From positions 1-35,535 of the IMG/VR virus record IMGVR_UViG_3300022074_003403: a stretch of DNA of 35,535 bases; one strand, 5' to 3'. Position 1 is the stretch's first letter. Every line of letters starts with the position of its first letter. The position numbers and the translations under genes were made by a program. This document shows positions 20,127-28,140 of this stretch, one piece after another. A model generated the notes under the pieces. That model was given only the letters and a program-made list of their open reading frames with translations, was not told the origin of the DNA and made no database searches. This DNA comes from a virus (lineage: Duplodnaviria > Caudoviricetes).

Positions 20127-20921
20127 ATGAAAAACAATGTTTTTGAAGCTCATGGGATTACAAAATTAAGTCCCAATCAATTCAATAAATTCGTAAGAGA
20201 CCCTGCAAAATGGCTCGTCAATACTGCAGGATATTATGACCAACAATATTCACCTGCTTTTACTAATGGTAATGCAGTAGAGTCAATGTTAAACGCAGCT
20301 CTAAATAATCTAAGACTGAAACCAGAGACATGTATTGCTCATGGCCTAGAAGTTTTTGATGAGATAGAGAATATGAAACTGCCAGAAGATCAATACTCAA
20401 TCAGCGCACATAACAAGAACAAGGAAAAGTGTTTGAAGTTTATGCCAGATATTATCAAGAGATATAGAAGTCTTGGTAAGCCGATTGCTATGCAAGAGAA
20501 TGTTGAGTTTCAGATTGATGATTTTCCAATACCCATAGTGGGCCGTGTTGATTATCTGTTTGAAGATTCAGTCCGTGACTTGAAGACAGCGAGTAGAGAA
20601 CCTAAAGAGGTTTCCGAGTTTTACGGAAGACAGTTGTCTTTCTACTCGTTGGCTACTGGTAAGCCACCGATCATAGACTATGTCTATATGACAACATCCA
20701 AAGCCGACATAATTAGTTTTGAAGTTCCCAATGTAGATCAATACATTGAGGACATCTACCGAATTGTCAGAAAGATGGAGCGTTTGCTTTCTCTGTCTGA
20801 CGATATTACAGAGGTCTGTAAATTATCATGTCTTGAGCCAAACTTGAGTAATGATAACTTTATGAACTTCTGGACTCCCACTGAGATAGAGGGAGCGAAG
20901 AAATTATTTATAAATATATAG
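20127..20921 (+). CDS. PD-(D/E)XK exonuclease (RecB/Cas4-like recombination nuclease)
   Basis: LSPNQ, G..VE, QE, IVGRVDY...VRDLKT, QLSFY motifs; adjacent to ERF. Confidence 0.85.
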   Translation: MKNNVFEAHGITKLSPNQFNKFVRDPAKWLVNTAGYYDQQYSPAFTNGNAVESMLNAALNNLRLKPETCIAHGLEVFDEIENMKLPEDQYSISAHNKNKEKCLKFMPDIIKRYRSLGKPIAMQENVEFQIDDFPIPIVGRVDYLFEDSVRDLKTASREPKEVSEFYGRQLSFYSLATGKPPIIDYVYMTTSKADIISFEVPNVDQYIEDIYRIVRKMERLLSLSDDITEVCKLSCLEPNLSNDNFMNFWTPTEIEGAKKLFINI

Positions 20922-20930
20922 GAGTATAAA

Positions 20931-21398
20931 ATGAAGATAAATGATGGATTAATAACTGCGCTAATCAAGGCGCAAACCGAAATTGAAAGCGTGTCTAAGG
21001 ACGCAAAGAACCCTGCTTTCAATAGTGGCTATGCCACACTTAACGCTGTTCTACTTGCAGTGAAAGAACCATTGAATAAGAATGGTATCTACTTTCACCA
21101 AGTAGTATCAGAGCATGATACTGGTGTTGTTGTTGAGACAATTCTTTATGGCCATGGTGGCTCAATCAGTAATGGTAGAGTTTACATTCCTGCGCCTAAG
21201 AATAATCCTCACGGCTTTGGTTCAGCACTGAGCTATGCAAGACGCTATAGTTTAATGTTGGCCACTGGTGTTGGAACTACTGACGATGATGATGGTAATG
21301 CTGCAGTCGCAGCTAGACTTGAAGAACATAAACAAGTCAAAACCATATCACCAAAAACTACAGTCAAGGACGCAGAGGGTAGTCCTAAGAAGTTCTAA
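20931..21398 (+). CDS. erf: ERF-family ssDNA annealing protein
   Basis: KNPAFNSGYATL and GSALSYARRYSL...DDDG signature. Confidence 0.92.
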   Translation: MKINDGLITALIKAQTEIESVSKDAKNPAFNSGYATLNAVLLAVKEPLNKNGIYFHQVVSEHDTGVVVETILYGHGGSISNGRVYIPAPKNNPHGFGSALSYARRYSLMLATGVGTTDDDDGNAAVAARLEEHKQVKTISPKTTVKDAEGSPKKF

Positions 21399-21658
21399 TG
21401 GCTAAGAAGCTGACACTAGATGACGCTGTATTTCTTACAATGAGGGACGGACAATACTGGACCTATTGGGATTTACAGCGAGTCATCAAGAATAACACTG
21501 GCACTTTCTATGGCGAAAACTCTATTGCTGCTGCGACCAGAAATATGCGCAAGGATTATTGTAGAATAAAATATAACTTGCCTATGGACAAAGAGGTCTT
21601 AGTCAGTAGACGGATTGCAGGTAGAAAAGGCTATGAATATAAACTTATAACGGAGTAA
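21398..21658 (+). CDS. Hypothetical winged-helix-like protein
   Basis: TAATG coupling; WTYWDLQ...ENSIAAATRNMRK...YEYKL pattern. Confidence 0.65.
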   Translation: MAKKLTLDDAVFLTMRDGQYWTYWDLQRVIKNNTGTFYGENSIAAATRNMRKDYCRIKYNLPMDKEVLVSRRIAGRKGYEYKLITE

Positions 21659-21661
21659 ATT

Positions 21662-22165
21662 ATGGAAGATAAATCTTTTGATAATGATAACTATGGAGCT
21701 ATGTTCTCTGACCCAGACGCTAAGATTCTGAGGAAGGGTACATTCCATTTAGATGGTAAAAAATATTATGGCATGGTCATTGAGAAAAAAAATAATGAAG
21801 GCCAGACCCAATATGAAATGTTAGTTTCTATGGGACTGCTTCATTACAATGCGCCAGAAAATAAAAAGAGTGAAGCTAGTCCAGACATGGGTGGAAAAGT
21901 CACAATGCCTTTGGTGAGGAACGATGACTTTAAAAGATACATGTCTGATCTAAAAGCTCTTGGCGAAGAGAATGAAGATGTCAGAAAAGTCTATGACGGA
22001 CTTGCTAAATATGATGTACCTTTGATCTATAAACTTGGTATCTGGGCCAAGGAGTCTGCTGCAGGTAGACCATATTCAAGTCTTGGATTTGAATTGGTAG
22101 ATGATGTAGCTGAAACCAATGTAGAACCAGAGCAACCTGTAGATGATTTCAAGCCAAAGTTTTAA
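21662..22165 (+). CDS. Putative single-stranded DNA-binding protein
   Basis: Position after ERF; SPDMGGKV...IWAKES..GRPYSSL and an acidic C-terminal tail ending in Phe. Confidence 0.6.
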   Translation: MEDKSFDNDNYGAMFSDPDAKILRKGTFHLDGKKYYGMVIEKKNNEGQTQYEMLVSMGLLHYNAPENKKSEASPDMGGKVTMPLVRNDDFKRYMSDLKALGEENEDVRKVYDGLAKYDVPLIYKLGIWAKESAAGRPYSSLGFELVDDVAETNVEPEQPVDDFKPKF

Positions 22166-22509
22166 TGGCTAATAAACAATACAGAGACAAGAGACATGTC
22201 AGATTCATTCAAGGTCTGACATGTCTGATAGGTCAAAAGATTGGCTCTAGCTGCTGCAGTGGACCTACCCAAGCTCACCATCTACTCAAGCCTTGGGATG
22301 GCGTTAGAGGAGCTTCTATGCGTTCTGGTGACCAGAATTGTATACCTTTATGTATGAAACACCACATGGAGCTGCATACAAAACACGGCACTGAGAAGAA
22401 TCTTTTTGAAGCGTATGGCCTTGACCCAGACCTTGGAAAAAAATATGCACAAGCACAATATGAGGGTGCAAAATTTTACATAGATCAAGATGGCGACCTA
22501 CCCTTCTAA
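22165..22509 (+). CDS. DUF968-like HNH-type zinc-binding protein
   Basis: C..C...AHH...D..CIPLCMKHHMELH motif. Confidence 0.7.
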   Translation: MANKQYRDKRHVRFIQGLTCLIGQKIGSSCCSGPTQAHHLLKPWDGVRGASMRSGDQNCIPLCMKHHMELHTKHGTEKNLFEAYGLDPDLGKKYAQAQYEGAKFYIDQDGDLPF

Positions 22510-22516
22510 TATTTAA

Positions 22517-22547
22517 TAGTTGCAATAATAACTACTTCCTGTATAAT
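22517..22547 (+). promoter_or_regulatory. Sigma70-like promoter with perfect operator
   Basis: TTGCAA(22520)-N16-TATAAT(22542); TAGTT-GCAATAAT-AACTA at 22517-22534. Confidence 0.8.
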
Positions 22548-22585
22548 GGGTACTGTATGTTAAATAAATATAGGAGAAAATAAAT

Positions 22586-23524
22586 ATGAAAACATCGCAA
22601 GAAGCACTAGAGCTTTATAAAAAACTAGACTCGTTATGGGTGGCTAATGGTGTCACTCCTGCAAATAAGTTATACAAAGAATCACGCACCACTTGGGGTG
22701 AAGAGAATTCTGCGTATGAAAATAAACTTGAGAGAGTTGACTTTGATATTGCCAAGAAGTTTGTTCAGTTGGCATTGAAAAAGTTTTGTAAACCTTCTGT
22801 CTACAAAAGATGGTTTAAGGGCCTAGAGTACAAGCAAGTATCTGGCCGTAGTCATTCTTGGCCTAGAAGAAAGTGGCCAAACCAAAACTCTCACTTCAAT
22901 ATAAATTGTGACTTTGGATGGGCGCATATAGTTCATGATCTTGGACATTGTATTCACGCATACAATACTGATCTCAGACCTCACTGCGCAGAACATGCTG
23001 TCTTGGAATTAAAGTTAGTCAAGTATTGCGTAGAGAATCTTTACATTGAGAAGTCTACAGAAGCAGTAGAGGTAGCTATGGTTATAGCTGACCATGAGTT
23101 CATTGAAAAAGAAAACATAGTTGGTAAGAATTACAGAGCTGCTAAGAGTAGACTGGCCAACAATAAAAGGCTGCTTAAAAAATATACAAGCGCTGTCAAG
23201 TCGGCTGAGAAAAGAATCAAGGCTGACCAGAAGAAGATTGCCAAGTATGAGAAGGAGAATACTCCAGAGCAGCTTGAGAAGAAGACAGTCTTAGTTGCCA
23301 AACCTCAGAGTCCTAAGCAGAAGTGTATGTCTCTGGTCCAAGAGATTGAGTGGCTAAATATTGAGCGAGACGAGGACTATACTTGGAGAACAGTCATTGA
23401 TGTTCTTGATAAGAGAAAAGAATATGACTGGGACGAAGACTCTGATATTAGAGAGTGGACTTTTGATTCATGGAAGTCAGCTTATGATTATGCTTGTGAG
23501 TTAATTCAAGAGGAGAAGTCATAA
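22586..23524 (+). CDS. Hypothetical early protein with zincin-like HDxxH motif and coiled coil
   Basis: AGGAG RBS; HIVHDLGHCIH...PHCAEH followed by a Lys-rich helical segment. Confidence 0.7.
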   Translation: MKTSQEALELYKKLDSLWVANGVTPANKLYKESRTTWGEENSAYENKLERVDFDIAKKFVQLALKKFCKPSVYKRWFKGLEYKQVSGRSHSWPRRKWPNQNSHFNINCDFGWAHIVHDLGHCIHAYNTDLRPHCAEHAVLELKLVKYCVENLYIEKSTEAVEVAMVIADHEFIEKENIVGKNYRAAKSRLANNKRLLKKYTSAVKSAEKRIKADQKKIAKYEKENTPEQLEKKTVLVAKPQSPKQKCMSLVQEIEWLNIERDEDYTWRTVIDVLDKRKEYDWDEDSDIREWTFDSWKSAYDYACELIQEEKS

Positions 23525-23679
23525 TGTCTTGGAGACTAAAGGTAAAGAACCAAGCTATCTACGGCCAATACTATGGCCGTAGTAAGCTGAACAAAAAGAT
23601 CATTCTTTTTATGGACGAAGAGACTGGCCAGATAAAGAAGATTCATTCTAATAAATTACAGATTGTAGCTGAGAAATAA
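23524..23679 (+). CDS. Small hypothetical protein (51 aa)
   Basis: Not in the track. TAATG coupling and AAGGAG RBS; MSWRLKVKNQAIYGQYYGRSKLNKKIILFMDEETGQIKKIHSNKLQIVAEK. Confidence 0.65.
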   Translation: MSWRLKVKNQAIYGQYYGRSKLNKKIILFMDEETGQIKKIHSNKLQIVAEK

Positions 23680-23709
23680 AGTTGCAATAAAAACTAGAGG
23701 ACTTATAAT
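23679..23709 (+). promoter_or_regulatory. Promoter/operator of the XRE gene (predicted leaderless transcript)
   Basis: TTGCAA(23682)-N16-TATAAT(23704); AAGTT-N8-AACTA at 23679-23696; ATG only 6 nt after the -10. Confidence 0.75.
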
Positions 23710-23715
23710 TTAACC

Positions 23716-23928
23716 ATGGACGGAACTAAACTACAAAGACTTAGAGAGAAACACGGAGTATCACAAACGGATGTGGCCAAGTACTTAGGCTATGAAGTTA
23801 AAGGAAAACCTAATCGGTCAATGATTGCTAGGTTTGAAAACGGATACTCTAACATCAATCCAAGGATTCAAATGCTGCTCCAGAACTACTTTCATAATCT
23901 TGAGCAGAGAGAGGAGCTTGTAGATTAA
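23716..23928 (+). CDS. XRE/Cro-like HTH transcriptional regulator
   Basis: LQRLREKHGVSQTDVAKYLG...RSMIARFENG. Confidence 0.88.
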   Translation: MDGTKLQRLREKHGVSQTDVAKYLGYEVKGKPNRSMIARFENGYSNINPRIQMLLQNYFHNLEQREELVD

Positions 23929-24023
23929 CTGCTTATTTACTGTTGTCATAACAGTCTTAGCAGGTCTGTTCGCTTGGGAGTCTACACTAGCTGTAGAGGA
24001 CCAGAAAAGAAGAGGGAGAAAAA

Positions 24024-24242
24024 ATGAAAGAGATAGCACCATATAAACAATTCAAATATGATGTCAGAAAATCATACGAAATGAATTACTGGATTTGGAA
24101 AGACATGGCTGACTATGAAGCTAAGTGTGAGAATAGAAAATACTATAGCGAAGATGAAGGACAGTCTATATTCAGAAAACAGTATGGGTATCACATGCCA
24201 AAACACGAATCCAGATACGCACAAGTAATTAACTTTAGGTAA
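24024..24242 (+). CDS. Hypothetical protein
   Basis: 72 aa, GGGAG RBS, aromatic-rich; last plus-strand gene before convergence. Confidence 0.65.
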   Translation: MKEIAPYKQFKYDVRKSYEMNYWIWKDMADYEAKCENRKYYSEDEGQSIFRKQYGYHMPKHESRYAQVINFR

Positions 24243-24284
24243 TTTTAGGGATACCTAGACCCTTGCCTACCCTAACAAAATGCG

Positions 24285-24542
24285 TTAGGCGTGATCTGGT
24301 GAAGCCGAATCTGGTGATTCTGTAGCTTTTCGCTCAGATGAGTAAGCAATATTTAAACCTGCAAGAGTACAGAGCCTTCGCTTTTCGTCCATACCCTTCT
24401 GCGATAGCAAGGCTTTGTCCTCTACTATCTCTACAAAGCCTTCCTTTATAAGCTCTGTTAATACTTCACTCGGCATACTATCACCAAACATTATGGATAG
24501 TATCCCACCTAGTCTCCTCGTCTGAGTCTTACTTAATGCCAT
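24285..24542 (-). CDS. Hypothetical protein at the end of the lysis operon
   Basis: 85 aa; ATG directly follows the endolysin stop. Confidence 0.7.
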   Translation of the reverse strand: MALSKTQTRRLGGILSIMFGDSMPSEVLTELIKEGFVEIVEDKALLSQKGMDEKRRLCTLAGLNIAYSSERKATESPDSASPDHA

Positions 24543-24995
24543 TTAGATATGTGTCCAGTCCTTGCCCTCAAATAATAATGCTTCTGCTTCTCTTCGTCTA
24601 ACCAATCCTTCAAGGACTTGGCCACCTGCTTTGTTCCATCTTTTAATCTGCGCAGGGACTTCGTCATATTGACCTTCGTTCAAGACACGAAGGAGTGTAG
24701 AACTCATGAAATTATTTGGCCCAAGATTGTAAACGAAAGCAGTTAAAGAATCATGGTGGCACTGCTTGAGTGGCACTTTTACATATTGATTTACATAGCC
24801 TTCATACTCTTCTAGCTCTACCTCTAATAAATGATTGGCATGATCTTCGCTTATTACATCGCCTTGCTTTACTCCTTTTGTGTGGCCATATCCTATGGTC
24901 CATACATTAGCGCTGCATTGATACGCTTCTAGCTCAAGGCCTTCAAACTTCTTTATAAGTCCAACGCCTTCTGCTGATATTTTGTTGTTGTTCAT
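24543..24995 (-). CDS. Endolysin, GH24 lysozyme (start revised to MNNNKIS, 150 aa)
   Basis: IKKFEG...AYQCSANVWTIGYGHT (E-x8-C-x5-T triad), FVYNLG, GLVRRREAE; GGGGAG RBS before 24995. Confidence 0.95.
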   Translation of the reverse strand: MNNNKISAEGVGLIKKFEGLELEAYQCSANVWTIGYGHTKGVKQGDVISEDHANHLLEVELEEYEGYVNQYVKVPLKQCHHDSLTAFVYNLGPNNFMSSTLLRVLNEGQYDEVPAQIKRWNKAGGQVLEGLVRRREAEALLFEGKDWTHI

Positions 24996-24996
24996 T

Positions 24997-25371
24997 TTAA
25001 TAATCTCCCCAGACTTTTGTTTTTTTACCACCAAAGTACTCAACAGCGTGACCTTCTTTAATAAGAATTGCACAAATATCCTCACCATTTTCTGTAAATG
25101 GCGTGGCCAAGATTCTTCCATATTTATCTATACCTGCTGATTTGATGACTAGCTTTTCTGCGCAAAGCTCAGATAGTCTGGCTGCTGCTGCTTTGCCTAA
25201 TGCTTTCTCTTTTAAGTCCCTTGTCCTAGACTCTGGTGTGTCTATACCCATAAGTCTGCAGCGTTGCTTGTGTAGCTTGACTGAGAATCCAAGGTCCAAG
25301 GTGACATCAATAGTGTCTCCATCTACCACTCTTTCTAAAAGAGCGTTATATACAAATGGCACTACTTCCAT
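24997..25371 (-). CDS. Thermonuclease (SNase-like)
   Basis: RVVDGDTIDV, RLMGIDTPES and DKYGRIL motifs. Confidence 0.92.
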   Translation of the reverse strand: MEVVPFVYNALLERVVDGDTIDVTLDLGFSVKLHKQRCRLMGIDTPESRTRDLKEKALGKAAAARLSELCAEKLVIKSAGIDKYGRILATPFTENGEDICAILIKEGHAVEYFGGKKTKVWGDY

Positions 25372-25379
25372 AGTCTCTA

Positions 25380-25556
25380 CTATTTATCTTTGGCCTTACC
25401 GATATTGAGCGCTATTGCGTCAAGTATAGAATAGGCCTTCTTTACCCACCCATCATCTACTGGTGTTGGTGTGATAGCTGCTATAGCACTAGCACCTACA
25501 ACCAACCAAGGTAGAATCTCTATGAGTATTCTTATCCATTGAAAAAACTCCAACAT
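25380..25556 (-). CDS. Small holin-like membrane protein (58 aa)
   Basis: Not in the track. AGGAG RBS; MLEFFQWIRILIEILPWLVVGASAIAAITPTPVDDGWVKKAYSILDAIALNIGKAKDK; one hydrophobic helix and a basic C-terminus. Holin role inferred from context. Confidence 0.7.
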   Translation of the reverse strand: MLEFFQWIRILIEILPWLVVGASAIAAITPTPVDDGWVKKAYSILDAIALNIGKAKDK

Positions 25557-25598
25557 AATTCACTCTCCTATATTAGTTGAAGACCTTAGCATAACACT

Positions 25599-25982
25599 TT
25601 AATCTTTGGTCTGCTTATTTTCTTCGTCTTCATCATCTTCATATTCTCTATAGAATTCAATAATATGCAGAGTATCTTTCAAGTATCTTTTAAGTTCAGC
25701 CATGTTCATGCTTAGATTTTCATACTCTTTTGTAGTCAAAGCATAGTATGCTGAGCGTGGTGCTTCACCTGCTTCAATCCTTTGTAGATATTCTGCCATA
25801 AGTTCTGGAGTCAGAACTGTCCAATCAACATCTACTAGTTGTACCTCAAGGGGGAGAGGTGGATGATACATTGGCATACGCTCAGCAATAGTGACTACTT
25901 CTACTGGCTTTGTTTGGCTCGGTATCATTGAGCAGCTTGTCATTAGAGCTGCAAAACTAGCCGTCAGTATTATCTTCTTCAT
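25599..25982 (-). CDS. Outer-membrane spanin (Rz1-like lipoprotein)
   Basis: Signal peptide with lipobox (MKKIILTASFAALMTSC), Pro-rich segment, overlaps the i-spanin gene by 26 nt. Confidence 0.75.
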   Translation of the reverse strand: MKKIILTASFAALMTSCSMIPSQTKPVEVVTIAERMPMYHPPLPLEVQLVDVDWTVLTPELMAEYLQRIEAGEAPRSAYYALTTKEYENLSMNMAELKRYLKDTLHIIEFYREYEDDEDEENKQTKD

Positions 25983-26364
25983 TGAATTGATCTGGGTCTG
26001 TTATATCTCTGAACTCTTGCATAAGTCTTTTGACTGCTTTATTTACCTTAGATTCTATCAAAGCAGGTTTGGCTAATGCCAGATTGTCTAAGTCATGAGA
26101 AGCAAAAGTGTTTCTTAGTTTATTTACTTCTCTCATAGACTCTTGATTCTGAGAAGCGAGTTTATTGTTTTGATTTTGTAGCGCTTCGGCCTTGGCCTTG
26201 TGCTGTAGGATTTGTTCGTTTTGTTGAGCTATAGAATTTTCTAATGCTATGGCATTACCTTTAAGGACTGAGATTTGATCTTGTAGTCTGTCTATGTACC
26301 ATGCTGAACCTGCTACTGATATTACTAGCAGCAAACCCAATACACCTGCGATTTTTATACCCAT
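25957..26364 (-). CDS. Inner-membrane spanin (Rz-like)
   Basis: N-terminal TM helix followed by a long coiled coil; upstream of the lipoprotein gene. Confidence 0.75.
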   Translation of the reverse strand: MGIKIAGVLGLLLVISVAGSAWYIDRLQDQISVLKGNAIALENSIAQQNEQILQHKAKAEALQNQNNKLASQNQESMREVNKLRNTFASHDLDNLALAKPALIESKVNKAVKRLMQEFRDITDPDQFNEEDNTDG

Positions 26365-28121
26365 GTATACACCTGTAATTTTTCTTTCTTACCTTTGGCT
26401 TCTATCTCTCCAAGAGGTAAGAGCTTAAATGATATGCCGTCTTTTGCTGTTTGTCCAATCACCAGATCAACACCTAAACCTTTTGTAGCTGACTCATATC
26501 TAGCTGCGCAGTTTACTGGGTCACCAACAGCAGAGTATTCAAACCTACTTTCAGAACCCATATTACCTACTACAGCATAGCCTGTTTCTATGCCTATACC
26601 TATTTGCACTGGTTCAATCCCTTCTTCTTCAAGCTCTTTATTTAGAATTTTAATATTGTTTTGTATCTGCATAGCAGTCTTAAGCGCAGCTTCTTCATGA
26701 TTCTCTAGGCCAAGAGGTGGTCCAAATTGTGCAAACATAGCGTCACCTATAAATTTGTCTACCAATCCGTCATACTTTTGCACTGCAGAAACTTGAGCTG
26801 TCAATGCTTTGTTCATAATATAACAAGTCATTTCTGGGCCTACCCTCTCACTCATGGAAGTAAAATTTCTCAAGTCGGTAAAGAGGAAAGTCGCATACTG
26901 TTTCTCTCCACCAAGTTTTAAAAGAGAAGGATTTTTTTGCAGCCTTGCAATTTGTCTTGGGTCTAAATATTTCTCAAACTGTTTCTTTATTTGTTGGCGT
27001 AGTTTGTACTGCTGACGGAACTTCAAAAAGAAGCCAGTACTAGCTATAACAAATTGTGATATTAAAGTATAACTAACATCTATAAGTAGACCACTTCTGA
27101 TTAGCCAGAAGCCACCAGAAGCCGTTAGAGCGAAGGTAAAACTAAGGGATGTTAGCGTACCAACCACACCAAAAGAACTCGTTAGAACGCAAATGAGAGC
27201 GCCAGATAATAAGAAAATAAGTATTTCTAGGCCAAAAGAGTAGTCTGGTATGTATGGAGAGTCTTCTATTAAGATAGATTCTGCTAAGGCTGCTTGGACC
27301 TTATGTGGCTCTTTCAATCCTACTGGAGTTGGTATTTGTATTTGTATACCTGCAGCGTCCACTCCGACAATAACAAAGCGTCCTTTTACTTTATCTAATT
27401 CTTGCAGTGTAATCTCTGGAGTTTCTACCCATGAAATCCATTTTCTTCCAAGGCTATCTGTCTTGACTGGATTCAATCCTTGTATGACTATCTCTTGGAT
27501 TCCGTTCTGATTGGTAGTAATGATATAGCTATTGCTGCCTGTCACTAGCTTATATATCTGGGTGGCGAAACTTGGTATCCATCCGTCTGGACTTCTGGCT
27601 AACAATGGTACTCGTCTTACTATAAGGTCTGCTTCTGTAGGAGCGAAAGCTAAACCCTGCAGACTAGACTCACGGAGTTCCAGATAGTTTTGTTTCACTC
27701 CCTCTAACATCATACCACCAATATCTTCTCCTTTGATAATCGTAGAAGTTGTCTTAGGATACTCGCCACTTTGATCTGGAAACATAGCTATCACTGAACC
27801 AGTTTCAGATAATGCTTGAGCAAAGACTTGATCTCCACCCATCCTGTCTTTTTGTGGAAAGCTGATTCCGTAGGCCACACCAGTTGCTCCGTATTCAATA
27901 AGAGCATAATGAAGCTGCGCAAATATATCTCTTGGTAAAGGCCATCCACCAAAGTTCTCTAGGTCTTGCTCAGAGATATTTAAAATAATAAAATTACCAG
28001 ACTCGTTTGGCGTCTCAATCAGAGAATCAAAGACTCTCATCTTCATTACTTGCAGTGGAGTCCAGTTAAATACCAATGGTATAGATAAGATTATAAGCAG
28101 TACAAATAGTATGCGCTTCAT
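26355..28121 (-). CDS. CHASE2-domain membrane class III adenylate cyclase
   Basis: N-terminal TM, GGWPLPR (CHASE2), three TMs, then FTDLRNFT, DKFIGDA, GNMGS..RFEYSAVGDPVNCAARYES, KGK; all catalytic residues present. Confidence 0.95.
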   Translation of the reverse strand: MKRILFVLLIILSIPLVFNWTPLQVMKMRVFDSLIETPNESGNFIILNISEQDLENFGGWPLPRDIFAQLHYALIEYGATGVAYGISFPQKDRMGGDQVFAQALSETGSVIAMFPDQSGEYPKTTSTIIKGEDIGGMMLEGVKQNYLELRESSLQGLAFAPTEADLIVRRVPLLARSPDGWIPSFATQIYKLVTGSNSYIITTNQNGIQEIVIQGLNPVKTDSLGRKWISWVETPEITLQELDKVKGRFVIVGVDAAGIQIQIPTPVGLKEPHKVQAALAESILIEDSPYIPDYSFGLEILIFLLSGALICVLTSSFGVVGTLTSLSFTFALTASGGFWLIRSGLLIDVSYTLISQFVIASTGFFLKFRQQYKLRQQIKKQFEKYLDPRQIARLQKNPSLLKLGGEKQYATFLFTDLRNFTSMSERVGPEMTCYIMNKALTAQVSAVQKYDGLVDKFIGDAMFAQFGPPLGLENHEEAALKTAMQIQNNIKILNKELEEEGIEPVQIGIGIETGYAVVGNMGSESRFEYSAVGDPVNCAARYESATKGLGVDLVIGQTAKDGISFKLLPLGEIEAKGKKEKLQVYTWV

Positions 28122-28140
28122 AATATAAGTACCATTTATA

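Noticed and set aside
20127-20921. Cas4 / CRISPR association
   Set aside because: No four-Cys Fe-S pattern seen, and the ERF/SSB context indicates a recombination exonuclease.
23918-23926. Amber (TAG) stop-codon reassignment
   Set aside because: TAG ends many well-defined genes here (primase-helicase, initiator, csgG, csgF) and no long gene is interrupted by it.
24243-24284. Bidirectional terminator at the convergence point
   Set aside because: Only a short TTAGGG/CCCTAA stem with a long loop; too weak to call.
24996-25121. N-terminal extension (SAR-like) on the endolysin in the ORF track
   Set aside because: Overlaps the thermonuclease gene; a good RBS precedes ATG 24995.
26355-28121. Pycsar- or CBASS-type defence cyclase
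   Set aside because: CHASE2 receptor architecture with ATP-specifying Lys and no cognate TIR or cNMP-binding effector.
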